DNA from: Methanocaldococcus indicus
GTDB lineage: Archaea; AGJL01; Methanococci; Methanococcales; Methanocaldococcaceae
Direction: 5' to 3'
Assembly: GCF_049554935.1 (NCBI RefSeq)
Contig: NZ_CP186926.1
Coordinates: forward strand, 128,001-192,000
Length of the DNA stretch: 64,000 nt
Shown here: in pieces, positions 1 to 10,404 of the stretch
Layout: each line of letters begins with the position of its first letter
Position numbering within the stretch: position 1 is the first letter of the stretch
Notes under the pieces: generated by a model
Databases searched by the model: none
Told to the model about the DNA's origin: nothing
The model's input: only the letters and a program-made list of their open reading frames with translations
Position numbers and translations under genes: made by a program

Positions 1-970
1 TTTTGGACTTTAAATAATTTATCAAATCCTTTGCTAAATTTATTGCCTCTTTGCTATCTTCTCTAACAACAAAACCAAAAGACAATGGCTTTATAGCCCA
101 CTTATTACTAAATATTGGTAAAAGTTTTTTGTGCAATTCTTCATTAGCTATTATTAGAGAGGTTTTTGAACTAATAGATATAGGTAAATTTAGCTCTTTA
201 CCATTTTTATCTGTTATTTTTGCATTACTTTCTTTACAAATTATATAACTCCCAGCAATATCAAACAATCTTGCAGATTCATTTAAATTTATATATGCAT
301 CTAATGCTTTATTAGCTACAAAACACATCTCCAAAGATATAGAACCAAATAACCTAATTCTCCTAAATAATCTATCTTTTAACATATCTAATAGTTCATT
401 TGATAATCCATATACAAATAGTCCAACAGATGCCTTTTTTAATTCATTAACTTTACTTACACTTAATTTTATTTTTTCATCACCTTTAATTAGATAAGCC
501 CCTTTATTCTTAATAGCATAGAACACTTCTTTATCCTTAGTAGCTAAACTTTTTACAACTCCTAAATACACATCATTAATTGAATAGTTCTTATATAGAT
601 ATTTCTCAATAAATTTTATGTCCTTATTTTTTAAGATTTTTTTGTCTTCTTCTTTAATTTTTATAATTCCAACAGATGTAGAATAGACAGGAATGTTTTT
701 TAGTGCATTATATGTTCCATCTATTGGGTCTAATATATAGATATAGTTTATTTCATCACCTAAAACTTTTAATCCAATCTCTTCACTCAATAAAATTCCA
801 CCATACTTCTCTAAAACATTTATTGCTATATTTTCAGCTATAATATCAATCATTTTTGTTGGAGTACCATCAGCTCCAATCTTGACAGTTTTTCCAGCAT
901 TTTCCCATCCAATAATGGGCTGTATTCTCTTATCAATTTCATTTACCAATTTAAGAGCAACATCTAACAT
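1..970 (-). CDS. Bifunctional NADP phosphatase/NAD kinase (inositol monophosphatase-like N-terminal domain), runs off the window edge
   Basis: Not in ORF track. Manual minus-strand translation from ATG at 970: MLDVALKLVNEIDKRIQPIIGWENAGKTVKIGADGTPTKMID...LSEEIG...ILDPIDGTYNA (IMPase/FBPase motifs), open to position 1, where 'NKWAIKPLSFGFVVREDSKRAINLA' resembles the start of the NAD kinase domain. Confidence 0.85.
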   Translation of the reverse strand, partial: MLDVALKLVNEIDKRIQPIIGWENAGKTVKIGADGTPTKMIDIIAENIAINVLEKYGGILLSEEIGLKVLGDEINYIYILDPIDGTYNALKNIPVYSTSVGIIKIKEEDKKILKNKDIKFIEKYLYKNYSINDVYLGVVKSLATKDKEVFYAIKNKGAYLIKGDEKIKLSVSKVNELKKASVGLFVYGLSNELLDMLKDRLFRRIRLFGSISLEMCFVANKALDAYINLNESARLFDIAGSYIICKESNAKITDKNGKELNLPISISSKTSLIIANEELHKKLLPIFSNKWAIKPLSFGFVVREDSKEAINLAKDLINYLKSK

Positions 971-1122
971 CTTTTCCCTCAGAGAGTAATAAATTATTAA
1001 ACAATGAATTTGTCATTATCTTTCATTAAAAATATTTATCATGATTTTTCATTATCAAATAACTATATATACTACTTTTTTTAAAAAATAAACACTGAAA
1101 AATAGGTAATTGGGGGAGAGGT

Positions 1123-1242
1123 ATGGAAGAGACTAATATCAAAAAAGATATATTAAGGGCATATAGATGTAATATATCTAAGGTATTAGGTTATATATTA
1201 GCTTTGTTATTAATTTTAGTCTTAGTATCTATAATAGTTTAA
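1123..1242 (+). CDS. Small (39 aa) putative single-pass membrane protein upstream of trkA
   Basis: Manual translation MEETNIKKDILRAYRCNISKVLGYILALLLILVLVSIIV*; purine-rich RBS GGGGGAGAGG just upstream; stop 11 nt before trkA. Confidence 0.6.
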   Translation: MEETNIKKDILRAYRCNISKVLGYILALLLILVLVSIIV

Positions 1243-1253
1243 AGGATTAAATT

Positions 1254-1904
1254 ATGTATATCATAATTGCTGGATTGGGAAGAGTAGGATTTACCTTAGC
1301 AAAATCCTTAGAAAAGAGAGGCCATGATTTAGTATTGATAGATATTGATAAAGAGAGATGTAAATTAGCTTCTATGGAGATTGATTGTATTGTTATAAAT
1401 GGAGATTGTAGAAAATCAAAAGTTTTAGAAGATGCAGGAATTGAGGAAGCTGATATATACATTGCTGTAACTGGTAGAGAAGAAATAAATATTTTAAGTG
1501 CATTGTTGGCTAAAAACTATGGAGTTAATAAAATACTTGCAAGAATCTCTGAGATTGAGCATAAAGATATACTTGAGAAACTCAATATATTAACAATTTC
1601 CCCTGAATTAGTTGCTGCAAGTTATATAGAGAAAATGATTGAAAGACCTGGTGTTTTAGAATTGTTTGTTATTGGTAAGGGAGAGGCAGAAATATTAGAA
1701 TTTGTAATTCCAGAAAGTTGTAAAGTAGCTAATAAAAAAATTAAAGAGCTTAATCCAGAAGATTATTTAATTATTGCAATATATGAAAATGGTAATTTGG
1801 AGATACCAAAAGGAGACACAGTCCTAAAAGTAGGACAAAAAGTTTTAGTTTTAGCTAAAAAGGAAAGTATTAATAAAGTAAAAGAGCTATTTTCATTAGA
1901 CTGA
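1254..1904 (+). CDS. trkA: Trk potassium uptake NAD-binding protein (RCK_N + RCK_C)
   Basis: IIIAGLGRVG Rossmann motif, 'INGD...LEDAGIEEAD', C-terminal TrkA-C 'IPKGDTVL'. Confidence 0.92.
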   Translation: MYIIIAGLGRVGFTLAKSLEKRGHDLVLIDIDKERCKLASMEIDCIVINGDCRKSKVLEDAGIEEADIYIAVTGREEINILSALLAKNYGVNKILARISEIEHKDILEKLNILTISPELVAASYIEKMIERPGVLELFVIGKGEAEILEFVIPESCKVANKKIKELNPEDYLIIAIYENGNLEIPKGDTVLKVGQKVLVLAKKESINKVKELFSLD

Positions 1905-2804
1905 GAAAATTTTTATTACTTTTTCTCTTAACTTGTCTATTAATATATCTTTTTTATCTTCATCTACTAAAACAATTACACAACCTCCTCCTCCAGCTCC
2001 AGTAAGTTTAGCTCCATAACTATATTTATTAGCTATTTCAACAACTTTATTTATTTTTGGAGTTGAGATATTTAACTTATCTAAAAGTATATGATTTCTA
2101 TATAAAAGATTACCAAATTCTTCAAAATCATTAGTTCTATATGCAATATCTACTAAATTATCTATTTCTTTAAAAATTTCCTCTTTATTTTCTTTTTTAG
2201 CAACTTCAGTAACTAATTCAGCTGTTCTTTTTTTTCTTTCTTCAACATACAAGATTAAAAATTTACATTTCTTTAAAAAATTATTAAATCTTTTAGGAAC
2301 TTCTTTTATATTATTATTTTTAATTTCTAATGCTTTCCTTAATGCTATTGTTGCAGTATCTGTCCTGCTTGCTTTTCCTTGAACTTCTTTCTCAACCAAA
2401 TATGATAAATATGCTACTTCCTCATTAGAAAGATTAACATTAAAGAATTTAGATAATGCCTTTATTGTACCAACTGTTATGGATGCTGAACTACCCAATC
2501 CACAACTTATAGGAATCTCTGAATATATATCCAAAACAAATCCTTTATCTAACCTATCCAAATAATTTTCTGAAAATAGTTCAATTGCCTTTATAACATA
2601 ACTAAAATCTTTATCATTAAATGTTAAATTATAATCTAATTTAATTGATTTATTTAAATTATTTAAATTAATTTTTATAGTATTTTCATTATTCTCATAT
2701 ATGTTAATTTTTGAATAAATGTTTATAGGGATAGATATTGCTCTATATCCATAAACAACAGCATGCTCTCCAAATAATATACATTTAGAAGGTGTTATTA
2801 TCAT
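1896..2804 (-). CDS. mvk: Mevalonate kinase
   Basis: GHMP motifs PSKCILFGEHAVVYG, PISCGLGSSAS, KLTGAGGGG. Confidence 0.95.
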   Translation of the reverse strand: MIITPSKCILFGEHAVVYGYRAISIPINIYSKINIYENNENTIKINLNNLNKSIKLDYNLTFNDKDFSYVIKAIELFSENYLDRLDKGFVLDIYSEIPISCGLGSSASITVGTIKALSKFFNVNLSNEEVAYLSYLVEKEVQGKASRTDTATIALRKALEIKNNNIKEVPKRFNNFLKKCKFLILYVEERKKRTAELVTEVAKKENKEEIFKEIDNLVDIAYRTNDFEEFGNLLYRNHILLDKLNISTPKINKVVEIANKYSYGAKLTGAGGGGCVIVLVDEDKKDILIDKLREKVIKIFSV

Positions 2805-4240
2805 TTTATCATCATATTCCTTAAAATTTTTAATCTTTTTATAGAAATATTGTTGTATATGTCTTTCAATATTTTTGTGTCTATATTTGCCTCTGAATTT
2901 ATTATTTCCAGTTCAATAAAGTTTTCAAATTTATCATTTAGTTCAATATTTGATATAATAATAGTGTTCAATCTATTTATTAACATTAACAAAATATTCT
3001 TTATATTATCTTTATTTTCCAATTTTACAGTACTAAAAATTCCTTCTTGTTTTATTTCTTTATTTGAAATTATTGAGATATATTCAAATCCAATATCTTT
3101 TATAGCCCTAATAATATCCTCTAAATTTGTAGGTTTTTGATGACAATATAAACCAATTAAAACAAGAATATTTTTTGGATTTGTAGTATATTTCTTTAAA
3201 AATATTTTTTTGTCTTCTATGTATTCACCAAAAAATTTTATAACTAATGAATTTTTTAAGAAATTTTCTAAATCATCAATATTTATAAATTTTGTAGAAT
3301 ACCAGAAAGGTTTAGTAATATTTGAAAAGACATGGTTATTTATCTTTTTCTTTAATCTTAGTAAATTCCTTTTTTCAAGTAATTTATTGTATAAATCATC
3401 TAAAGAAATTTCTTTATTGAAATCTAAATCTAAAAGAATATTTATTAAATATCCTTCTTCAAAAGTCTCCAACTTAAAAAGAGCACATAGTATTGATAAT
3501 TTTTTATATTCTTCATATTCTTTTACTGTATGTATTCCTAAATCCAAAGCATTGTAGTAATCTTTTGCTGTTTGGAATCCTAAGGAAATAGCTGTATAAT
3601 ACTCTACAGCATCTGTAAATCCTCTTTTTATGGCATCAAAGTATTCATTATAATTACCAAATCCTATTTTTAAAGCTTCTAAAAAAGTATTAAAATTGTT
3701 GAAATAGTTGTTAGTTGCAAATTTATATATATCATAATCATTAGAAACAGCTACACTTTCTTTAAATCCATTTTTTAAGTAGTATATAAGATAAACATCA
3801 TCAAAATATTTCTCTACTAAATTATGTTCCTTTAAAATTTCTAAACATCCAATATATCCCAATTCCTTAGCTCTTAAATATTCTTTAACATCTTTAAATC
3901 CAGAAGTTTTGAACCTATTATATTCTTCTAATGAACCTAATGTTTTAAATATATAATATTCTTCTGCAGTAAATCCTAAAATTTTAGCTTCTATGTAGTC
4001 ATATAAATTTTCAAACCCATAGGCATCAATGTAATAAATTATATTTTTATTTTCATCTACAATATAAAATATATCTATTATGTTATCTTTATATTTAAAA
4101 ATTGTGTTTATTTTTAGTTTATCAACATATTCTAAAAATTTCTCTATATCATCAAGTTTTATTTTTTCATATCTGTCAAAATCTCCAAAATTTATAATTT
4201 CAATACCTATAGTCTTTATTTTCAATAGTTTGTAGTCCAT
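2801..4240 (-). CDS. Hypothetical protein with ~14-aa G-F-x4-(D/E)-Y-x2-A-x3 repeats
   Basis: 479-aa ORF with visible repeats such as GFENLYDYIEAKIL, GFKDVKEYLRAKEL, GFGNYNEYFDAIKR, GFTDAVEYYTAISL, GFQTAKDYYNALDL; ATGA overlap with mvk. Confidence 0.75.
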   Translation of the reverse strand: MDYKLLKIKTIGIEIINFGDFDRYEKIKLDDIEKFLEYVDKLKINTIFKYKDNIIDIFYIVDENKNIIYYIDAYGFENLYDYIEAKILGFTAEEYYIFKTLGSLEEYNRFKTSGFKDVKEYLRAKELGYIGCLEILKEHNLVEKYFDDVYLIYYLKNGFKESVAVSNDYDIYKFATNNYFNNFNTFLEALKIGFGNYNEYFDAIKRGFTDAVEYYTAISLGFQTAKDYYNALDLGIHTVKEYEEYKKLSILCALFKLETFEEGYLINILLDLDFNKEISLDDLYNKLLEKRNLLRLKKKINNHVFSNITKPFWYSTKFINIDDLENFLKNSLVIKFFGEYIEDKKIFLKKYTTNPKNILVLIGLYCHQKPTNLEDIIRAIKDIGFEYISIISNKEIKQEGIFSTVKLENKDNIKNILLMLINRLNTIIISNIELNDKFENFIELEIINSEANIDTKILKDIYNNISIKRLKILRNMMIK

Positions 4241-4258
4241 TTGTGACCCAAATATTCT

Positions 4259-4447
4259 CTATTTTACTCCTAATTTTTTCAATATTGGACAGTTAGGAAC
4301 TTCTACATTCTCAGTGTTGTATTCTTCCTTTAACATATTTATAAGTCCTTTTATGTTCTTTCCTCTACATGCCTCACATCTTACAACTATAATATTGTCA
4401 TCTTCTTCAAAATCATTATCATTTTTACATACTATTTTTATTTTCAT
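4259..4447 (-). CDS. Small Cys-rich protein, CGGC-domain-like
   Basis: 62 aa, 4 Cys (IKIVC...CEACRG...PNCP); start overlaps the guaAA stop. Confidence 0.6.
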   Translation of the reverse strand: MKIKIVCKNDNDFEEDDNIIVVRCEACRGKNIKGLINMLKEEYNTENVEVPNCPILKKLGVK

Positions 4448-5010
4448 TATTCACCCTCTTTAAATATTCCACACACTATACAGAAGTTCTTTAAAATATC
4501 TGAACCATATTCAGTATGAGCTACCTCAGGATGAAATTGTACTCCATAAATCTCTTTTTCTTTATGTTTCATAGCTTCAATTTTACATATATCAGAATGA
4601 GCCAAAATCTCAAAATTTTTTGGGAGTGTTTTAACTTCATCTTTATGAGATGCCCAAGCATTAAACTCTTTTGGAATATTTTTAAATAAATCATCCTCAT
4701 TATCTACATAAATCTTTGTTAATGCATACTCTTCTTTATTAGCTTTCCCTACTTCTCCCCCATAAGCTAATGCTATTAATTGATGTCCTAAACATATCCC
4801 TAATATAGGAACTTCAGCATTTAAAGCAATATCTATACAGCCCTTAGCTTTCTCAATATCTGGACCACCACTTAATATAATCCCTTTATAGTCTTTCAAC
4901 TCTTCCAATGTTACTGTATTAGGCAAAATTTTTGATTTCACTCCTAAATACTTCAAACTTCTAAAAATTCTATGCACATATTGCCCTCCATTGTTTATTA
5001 TTGCTATCAT
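4447..5010 (-). CDS. guaAA: GMP synthase glutamine amidotransferase subunit A
   Basis: Class I GATase triad motifs: [24 protein letters not shown]. Confidence 0.95.
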   Translation of the reverse strand: MIAIINNGGQYVHRIFRSLKYLGVKSKILPNTVTLEELKDYKGIILSGGPDIEKAKGCIDIALNAEVPILGICLGHQLIALAYGGEVGKANKEEYALTKIYVDNEDDLFKNIPKEFNAWASHKDEVKTLPKNFEILAHSDICKIEAMKHKEKEIYGVQFHPEVAHTEYGSDILKNFCIVCGIFKEGE

Positions 5011-5015
5011 CTATC

Positions 5016-5378
5016 TCACTCCATCTCAACAACTTCAACAGGCTCTAAAGGAATATTTTTTAAAACTTTTCCAATAGTGGATTTTGCTATCCTTATAGCA
5101 TGTTCTTGGTTCTCTGCATTGAACACTTTCATAGATAAAAGAACTCCAACTAATCCTGTTCTTGCAACTACTAAGACACAATCTATTAGCTCTCCACATT
5201 TAGGACATATTGTTAAACCAACATCAATATCCACATAATTTAATCCAGCTTTATTTAGCATCTTCCCTATCTGAGAGATAGCCACATTAATAGCGTCTTC
5301 TATATCATCAACATTTCTCACAATATAGGCAGCTTGTAAAGTTACATGATAATTAGGCATAGTTCTCACCTTCAACAA
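5016..5378 (-). CDS. DUF555/UPF0212 family protein
   Basis: '[17 protein letters not shown]...CPKCGE...[25 protein letters not shown]' matches this archaeal family; start probably at the second Met. Confidence 0.8.
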   Translation of the reverse strand: MLKVRTMPNYHVTLQAAYIVRNVDDIEDAINVAISQIGKMLNKAGLNYVDIDVGLTICPKCGELIDCVLVVARTGLVGVLLSMKVFNAENQEHAIRIAKSTIGKVLKNIPLEPVEVVEME

Positions 5379-6151
5379 TAAACAAATTCTTTAACTTTCT
5401 CTTCTATATTTTCACTTTCCATTATAGATGAGCCAATTAAAGCAGCATCAGTAAATTTTAAAATATACTTTAAATCTTCCTTAGTATATATACCACTTTC
5501 TCCAATTTTTATTTTATTTTTTGGGATTAGTTGAGAAAGTTTTTCAGTTGTTGATAAATCTATCTTTAATGTAGATAAATCTCTATTGTTTATTCCAATT
5601 ATTTTAGCTCCAAAATCTAAGGCTAAATCTATCTCATCCTCACTATGTGTCTCAACTAAACACTCCAATCCTAAATCATCAGCATAATCTAAAAACTTTC
5701 CTAATTCATCTTTTAAAACTCTAACAATTAATAATACTGCATTAGCTCCAATTGTATGGGCAATATCTAACTGATATTTATCAATAATAAAATCTTTCAT
5801 TAAAATAGGAATAGAAACAGCCTTTCTTGCTAATATTAAATTTTCATAACTACCATTAAAATAGTCTTTCTCTGTTAATACTGACAATCCTATAGCCCCT
5901 CCTCTTTCTATCTCTCTTGCAATCTCACCAACATCATTAATATTCCTAATATTTCCCTTTGAAGGTGAAGCTGGTTTTATTTCAGCTATTATTGGATTAT
6001 ATTTGCAGTATTTAATAAATTTTGATAATCTTAGTTTTCTCTTTTTTTCAATGTTTTCATCAACTAAATCTATTAATTTTTTTAAAATATTTTCTTTTTT
6101 TTCATTCTCTAATGACAACTTTCTCTTTAATACTATCTCTCTCAGTATCAT
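5372..6151 (-). CDS. trpC: Indole-3-glycerol phosphate synthase
   Basis: [42 protein letters not shown]. Confidence 0.95.
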   Translation of the reverse strand: MILREIVLKRKLSLENEKKENILKKLIDLVDENIEKKRKLRLSKFIKYCKYNPIIAEIKPASPSKGNIRNINDVGEIAREIERGGAIGLSVLTEKDYFNGSYENLILARKAVSIPILMKDFIIDKYQLDIAHTIGANAVLLIVRVLKDELGKFLDYADDLGLECLVETHSEDEIDLALDFGAKIIGINNRDLSTLKIDLSTTEKLSQLIPKNKIKIGESGIYTKEDLKYILKFTDAALIGSSIMESENIEEKVKEFVYC

Positions 6152-6557
6152 AAGTATCCTCAGATTCCTTAATTTTCTCTATACATACATCCTTTGGAGC
6201 TAAAAGAATATGCTCATTTCCTAAGAGTATAGCACTTCCTCCCATTTTGGCAATTTCATTTTTTAATTTTGATAGTAAATCTATAAATTCATCATCAGCC
6301 TCTCTCTCAATATCTGGAATTTTACCAATAACTAAATCCCCTTTTTCAACTAATATAATAGCATTTAGAGCATCTTGCTCATTAGATATTTTACAAACTT
6401 TAATAACTATCTTATACTCTGGCTCAGGCTCAACATGTAACTCTTCTATCTCATCAATATAGTTCTCTAAATTTTCCTTTTTTTCTGGTTTAATCTTTTC
6501 ATTTTTTTCTTTTTTTATACCAAATATTGCTTTTAAAAGTTCTAACACTACATTCAC
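6102..6557 (-). CDS. sepF: Cell division protein SepF (archaeal)
   Basis: Acidic N-terminal linker then SepF-like core 'IVIKVCKI...GDLVI...LKNEIAKMGGSAILLGNEHILLAPKDV'. Confidence 0.7.
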   Translation of the reverse strand: MNVVLELLKAIFGIKKEKNEKIKPEKKENLENYIDEIEELHVEPEPEYKIVIKVCKISNEQDALNAIILVEKGDLVIGKIPDIEREADDEFIDLLSKLKNEIAKMGGSAILLGNEHILLAPKDVCIEKIKESEDTYDTERDSIKEKVVIRE

Positions 6558-7108
6558 CTTTTTAGATATTTATATATATTGTTTATTAAGATTTCTAATC
6601 CTTCTCCAGTTTTAGCAGACACAAGAATAGGCGTATTCTTTAATCTATATTCAACATAATTTTTAACTTTTTCTATTTCCTCATAATTTAATAAATCACA
6701 CTTATTAATTACAACTATTATGGGTTTTTGATATCTAAATTTTAAAAGATGATGTAATCTTTCAAAATCCCTTAATAAACCAACAGTTCCATCTACAATA
6801 TGAATAATTAAGTTAGAATTATCTATTTCTTTATAACTTTTTTCCAATATTGAAGATGTTAAAGCTACTTTACCTCCTTTTTGAGTATATAATCCACCTA
6901 AATCTACAAATACAATATCTGCAAATTCTGGATTTTTCTTAGATTTCCCTATTTTAATTTTTCCCCAATACTTTTTAATAGGATTTTTTGTAGTTCCTGG
7001 AATTTCTGAGGTTAGAGATATATATCTCCCAAATAATGCATTCATTAAAGAAGATTTTCCAGCATTTTCAGGCCCAATAATTGCTATTTTAAACTCCAAC
7101 TTTACCAC
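6554..7108 (-). CDS. Era-like small GTP-binding protein
   Basis: G1 GPENAGKSS, G2 PGTT, G3 DLGG, G4 NKCD, G5 SAKTG. Confidence 0.9.
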   Translation of the reverse strand: MVKLEFKIAIIGPENAGKSSLMNALFGRYISLTSEIPGTTKNPIKKYWGKIKIGKSKKNPEFADIVFVDLGGLYTQKGGKVALTSSILEKSYKEIDNSNLIIHIVDGTVGLLRDFERLHHLLKFRYQKPIIVVINKCDLLNYEEIEKVKNYVEYRLKNTPILVSAKTGEGLEILINNIYKYLKR

Positions 7109-8014
7109 TTATTTATTTTTTTCAATGTCTTCATAAAGTTTAGCTGCTAACTTATGACATTCTGCTAAACCTAATGCAGCAACAGCACCAACTAAACCCT
7201 CTTCTCCCTTTATTGGAATTAATTTAATATTATTTCTTAAAGCTATCTGTTTAGCTTCTTCTAAACTGACAATTTCTCTTTTAGCTTTTAATGTAAAAAG
7301 TTTCATACTCTTAGATGCAAACAATCCATTATATACTGCTATTGCTGTCTTATCAGAATAACTCTCCTTTTTTAGTATATCAACTACTTTATCAATAATC
7401 TTATCTTTGTTCTCTGGTAGTGTGGCAAAGCTCAATGCTATTGATACACAATTTTGAGTTTTATTTGGAGTTCCAGGATAGAGTTGTATTATGGTATGGT
7501 CTAAATAATATCCTAATTTTAATCTCTCTATTTCTAACCCAATTTTATGTGCTAAAACCCAAGTGGCTCCTTTCTCTTTATTGTCAGTATCATCTATACC
7601 AATAACTAACTTTTCCATTTTTGGTGTTATAACCTGACTTCTTCCTAATTTTGAGCCACCACCTTTATTTAATATTTTTATATCAACAACGTTCTCAGCT
7701 GTCTTTCTTAACTCAGCTCCAACTCCTGCCCCAGCTAAGCCAGCATAAGTAATATAAATATAGTTATTATCAACTTTAACCTCTTCAATTCCAGCAGCTG
7801 ATAATGAGGGAACTAACTTTAAATTTTCTTTTCCAACTTTACAAACAAAATGATGCTTATTACCTTCTCTCCATGCAGCTAAAATTAAGGGAGATGTCTT
7901 TTTATATTGATAAACTAACCACTCAGAACCATTTGGGCAAGGATGTTCTTCAACAATCTCTACAATATTTTTCTCATAGTTATTTTCTATCATTGCAATT
8001 ACTCTCTTATACAT
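7109..8014 (-). CDS. Methanogenesis marker protein 11 (TiaS N-terminal-like C-terminal domain)
   Basis: 'EEHPCPNGSEW', 'YAGLAGAGVG', 'IGIDDTD..KGATW', 'QLYP..PNKTQNC', 'GLVGAVAALG'. Confidence 0.8.
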   Translation of the reverse strand: MYKRVIAMIENNYEKNIVEIVEEHPCPNGSEWLVYQYKKTSPLILAAWREGNKHHFVCKVGKENLKLVPSLSAAGIEEVKVDNNYIYITYAGLAGAGVGAELRKTAENVVDIKILNKGGGSKLGRSQVITPKMEKLVIGIDDTDNKEKGATWVLAHKIGLEIERLKLGYYLDHTIIQLYPGTPNKTQNCVSIALSFATLPENKDKIIDKVVDILKKESYSDKTAIAVYNGLFASKSMKLFTLKAKREIVSLEEAKQIALRNNIKLIPIKGEEGLVGAVAALGLAECHKLAAKLYEDIEKNK

Positions 8015-8016
8015 AA

Positions 8017-8430
8017 CTATTCTACCCTAAATTTTTTAGATATTGCTCTTATTATGTCCCCATCTGAAATAATACCAACCAATTTATTATTTTTATCTAA
8101 AACAGGAAGTTGATTTATAATTTCTTTTTTATTAGGTATGTCCATCTTCATTATTGCATCTTTTATAGTTTCATCTTCATAAATAGTTATTACATCCTTT
8201 GTCATAACATCCTCAACAGTTGTCTCCAAAGAATACTTATCTTTTATTAGATTATATCCTATATCTGTTGTAGTTATTATTCCTATAACTTTTCCATTCT
8301 CTACAACTGGAAGAGAACTTATTTTATGTTTAAGCATCTTCTCAAATGCTTTAACAACTGTCTCGTCCTTACTAATTGTTATAACATCCTTTGTCATTAT
8401 CTCCTTAACTTTTATATTTAAAATATCCAT
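8017..8430 (-). CDS. CBS domain pair protein
   Basis: Two CBS repeats ([13 protein letters not shown] / [13 protein letters not shown]); start moved to Met17 (8430) to avoid overlap with cbiF. Confidence 0.9.
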   Translation of the reverse strand: MDILNIKVKEIMTKDVITISKDETVVKAFEKMLKHKISSLPVVENGKVIGIITTTDIGYNLIKDKYSLETTVEDVMTKDVITIYEDETIKDAIMKMDIPNKKEIINQLPVLDKNNKLVGIISDGDIIRAISKKFRVE

Positions 8431-8443
8431 TGCTATCCCTTCA

Positions 8444-9208
8444 TTATTTCCTAAACATATGTTTAAAGTCCTTATCATATAATTTAGAATAACTATAATG
8501 CTTAGGATTTAAAACATCTCCTACAATAATTAAAGCTGTTCTATTTATTCCTGACTCTTTTACTTTATTAGCAATATCTTTCAAAGTTCCAGTTATGATT
8601 TTTTCATCTGGCCATGATGCTTTATAAACAACTGCAACAGGAGTATTTTCATCATAATGTTTCTTTAAGCTTTCAACAACTTTATCAATTAATGATACTC
8701 CTAAATATATAGCCATTGTTGATTTATGCTTAGCAAGTTCTTCCAACTTTTCTCTTTCAGGAACTTTTGTTCTACCTTCTGGTCTTGTTATAATAACTGT
8801 CTGAGAAACATCTGGGAGAGTTAGCTCTATTTTTAAACTTGCTGCTGCTGCAAATAAAGAAGTAACTCCTGGAATAATTTCAACATCAATATTATGCTTT
8901 CTTAACTCATCTATTTGCTCTTTTATAGCCCCATATATTGAAGGGTCTCCCGTATGGAGCCTAACAACTTTTTTCCCTTCTTTAACACCCTTAACCATAA
9001 CATTTACTATTTCATCTAAACTCATCTTTGAGCTATCATAAATTTTAGCATTCTTTTTGTTGTAGTTTAAAAGTTCTCTATTAACTAATGAGCCAGCATA
9101 GATAATAATATCTGCTTCCTCTATAGCTTTCTTACCTTTTATAGTAATAAGTTCTTTATCCCCTGGACCTGCTCCAACAATCACAACTTTATTCATAATT
9201 CCTACCAC
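8444..9208 (-). CDS. cbiF: Cobalt-precorrin-4 C11-methyltransferase
   Basis: [41 protein letters not shown]. Confidence 0.93.
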   Translation of the reverse strand: MVGIMNKVVIVGAGPGDKELITIKGKKAIEEADIIIYAGSLVNRELLNYNKKNAKIYDSSKMSLDEIVNVMVKGVKEGKKVVRLHTGDPSIYGAIKEQIDELRKHNIDVEIIPGVTSLFAAAASLKIELTLPDVSQTVIITRPEGRTKVPEREKLEELAKHKSTMAIYLGVSLIDKVVESLKKHYDENTPVAVVYKASWPDEKIITGTLKDIANKVKESGINRTALIIVGDVLNPKHYSYSKLYDKDFKHMFRK

Positions 9209-9291
9209 ATCTAAATTGGAATAACAATAAAATTTACTAAGTAATATTTAATATAATAATGTTGATTTTTTAAATAACAAATATTATTAAT

Positions 9292-10404
9292 ATGCAAAAA
9301 TATGAATATGGTGGTAATGTGCTAACTCCTTGGGAAACACCTGAAACTATAAACTATAAAAGGACTATGGAACAGTTTGGTATTAAAGAGTTTAACTTTG
9401 ATTTAGACCATCACTTTTTTAGGAGAAAAATTATTTTAGGGCATAGAGATTTTGATAGGATATATAACTGTATAAAAGAGAATAAAGAGTTTGCAGTTGT
9501 TAGTGGAATGATGCCATCTGGAAAAATGCATTTTGGACATAAGATGGTTGTAGATTTAATTAAATTCTATCAAAACTATACTGATAAAATATATATCCCA
9601 ATAGCTGATTTAGAGGCTTATTGGGCAAGAAATATAGATTTTGAAAAAACTAAAAATTTAGCTATAGAGGAATATATTATTAATTATGTTGCATTAGGTT
9701 TAGATATTGATAAAGCTTTTATCTATCTTCAATCAAAATATAGTAAAGTTAAGGATTTATCTTTTAGATTTGCTAAAAAAACTAATTGGAGTGAGCTTAA
9801 AGCTATATATGGTTTTGGAGGAGATACTAATATTGGACATGTATTTGCACCTCTTATACAAGTAGCTGATATTTTACATCCTGAATTTGATGAAGATTTA
9901 AATAAAAATCCTATCCCTGTTGTTGTTCCAGTTGGGTTAGACCAAGACCCTCATATAAGATTAACAAGAGATATAGCTAAAAGAGTAAAGATTATTGAGC
10001 CATCATCTACATACCATAGATTTATGAGAGGTTTATTAGGAGGAAAAATGAGTTCATCTAAGCCAGAAACAGCTATTTTCTTAACTGATGAGGAAAAAGA
10101 AGTTAAGAAGAAAATATTCTCAGCTAAAACAGGAGGAGGAAAAACATTAGAAGAGCATAAAAAGTATGGTGGAAATCCAGAGGAATGTGTTATATATGAA
10201 CTATTCCTATATCACCTAATTTTAGATGATAAGGAACTTCTTAATATTTATGAAAGTTGTAAAAAAGGAGAATTAACCTGTGGAAAATGTAAAAAATTGG
10301 CTTATAATTTAGTTATTGAATTCCTAAAAAATTTAAAAGAAAAAAGAGAACAAGCAAAAGAAATTGTTAATGAGAAAATTAAAGAAGGAAAAATTTTAGT
10401 GTAG
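9292..10404 (+). CDS. trpS: Tryptophan--tRNA ligase
   Basis: TPWE, GMMPSGKMHFGH, VPVGLDQDPH, KMSSS; true start may be GTG at 9319. Confidence 0.95.
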   Translation: MQKYEYGGNVLTPWETPETINYKRTMEQFGIKEFNFDLDHHFFRRKIILGHRDFDRIYNCIKENKEFAVVSGMMPSGKMHFGHKMVVDLIKFYQNYTDKIYIPIADLEAYWARNIDFEKTKNLAIEEYIINYVALGLDIDKAFIYLQSKYSKVKDLSFRFAKKTNWSELKAIYGFGGDTNIGHVFAPLIQVADILHPEFDEDLNKNPIPVVVPVGLDQDPHIRLTRDIAKRVKIIEPSSTYHRFMRGLLGGKMSSSKPETAIFLTDEEKEVKKKIFSAKTGGGKTLEEHKKYGGNPEECVIYELFLYHLILDDKELLNIYESCKKGELTCGKCKKLAYNLVIEFLKNLKEKREQAKEIVNEKIKEGKILV

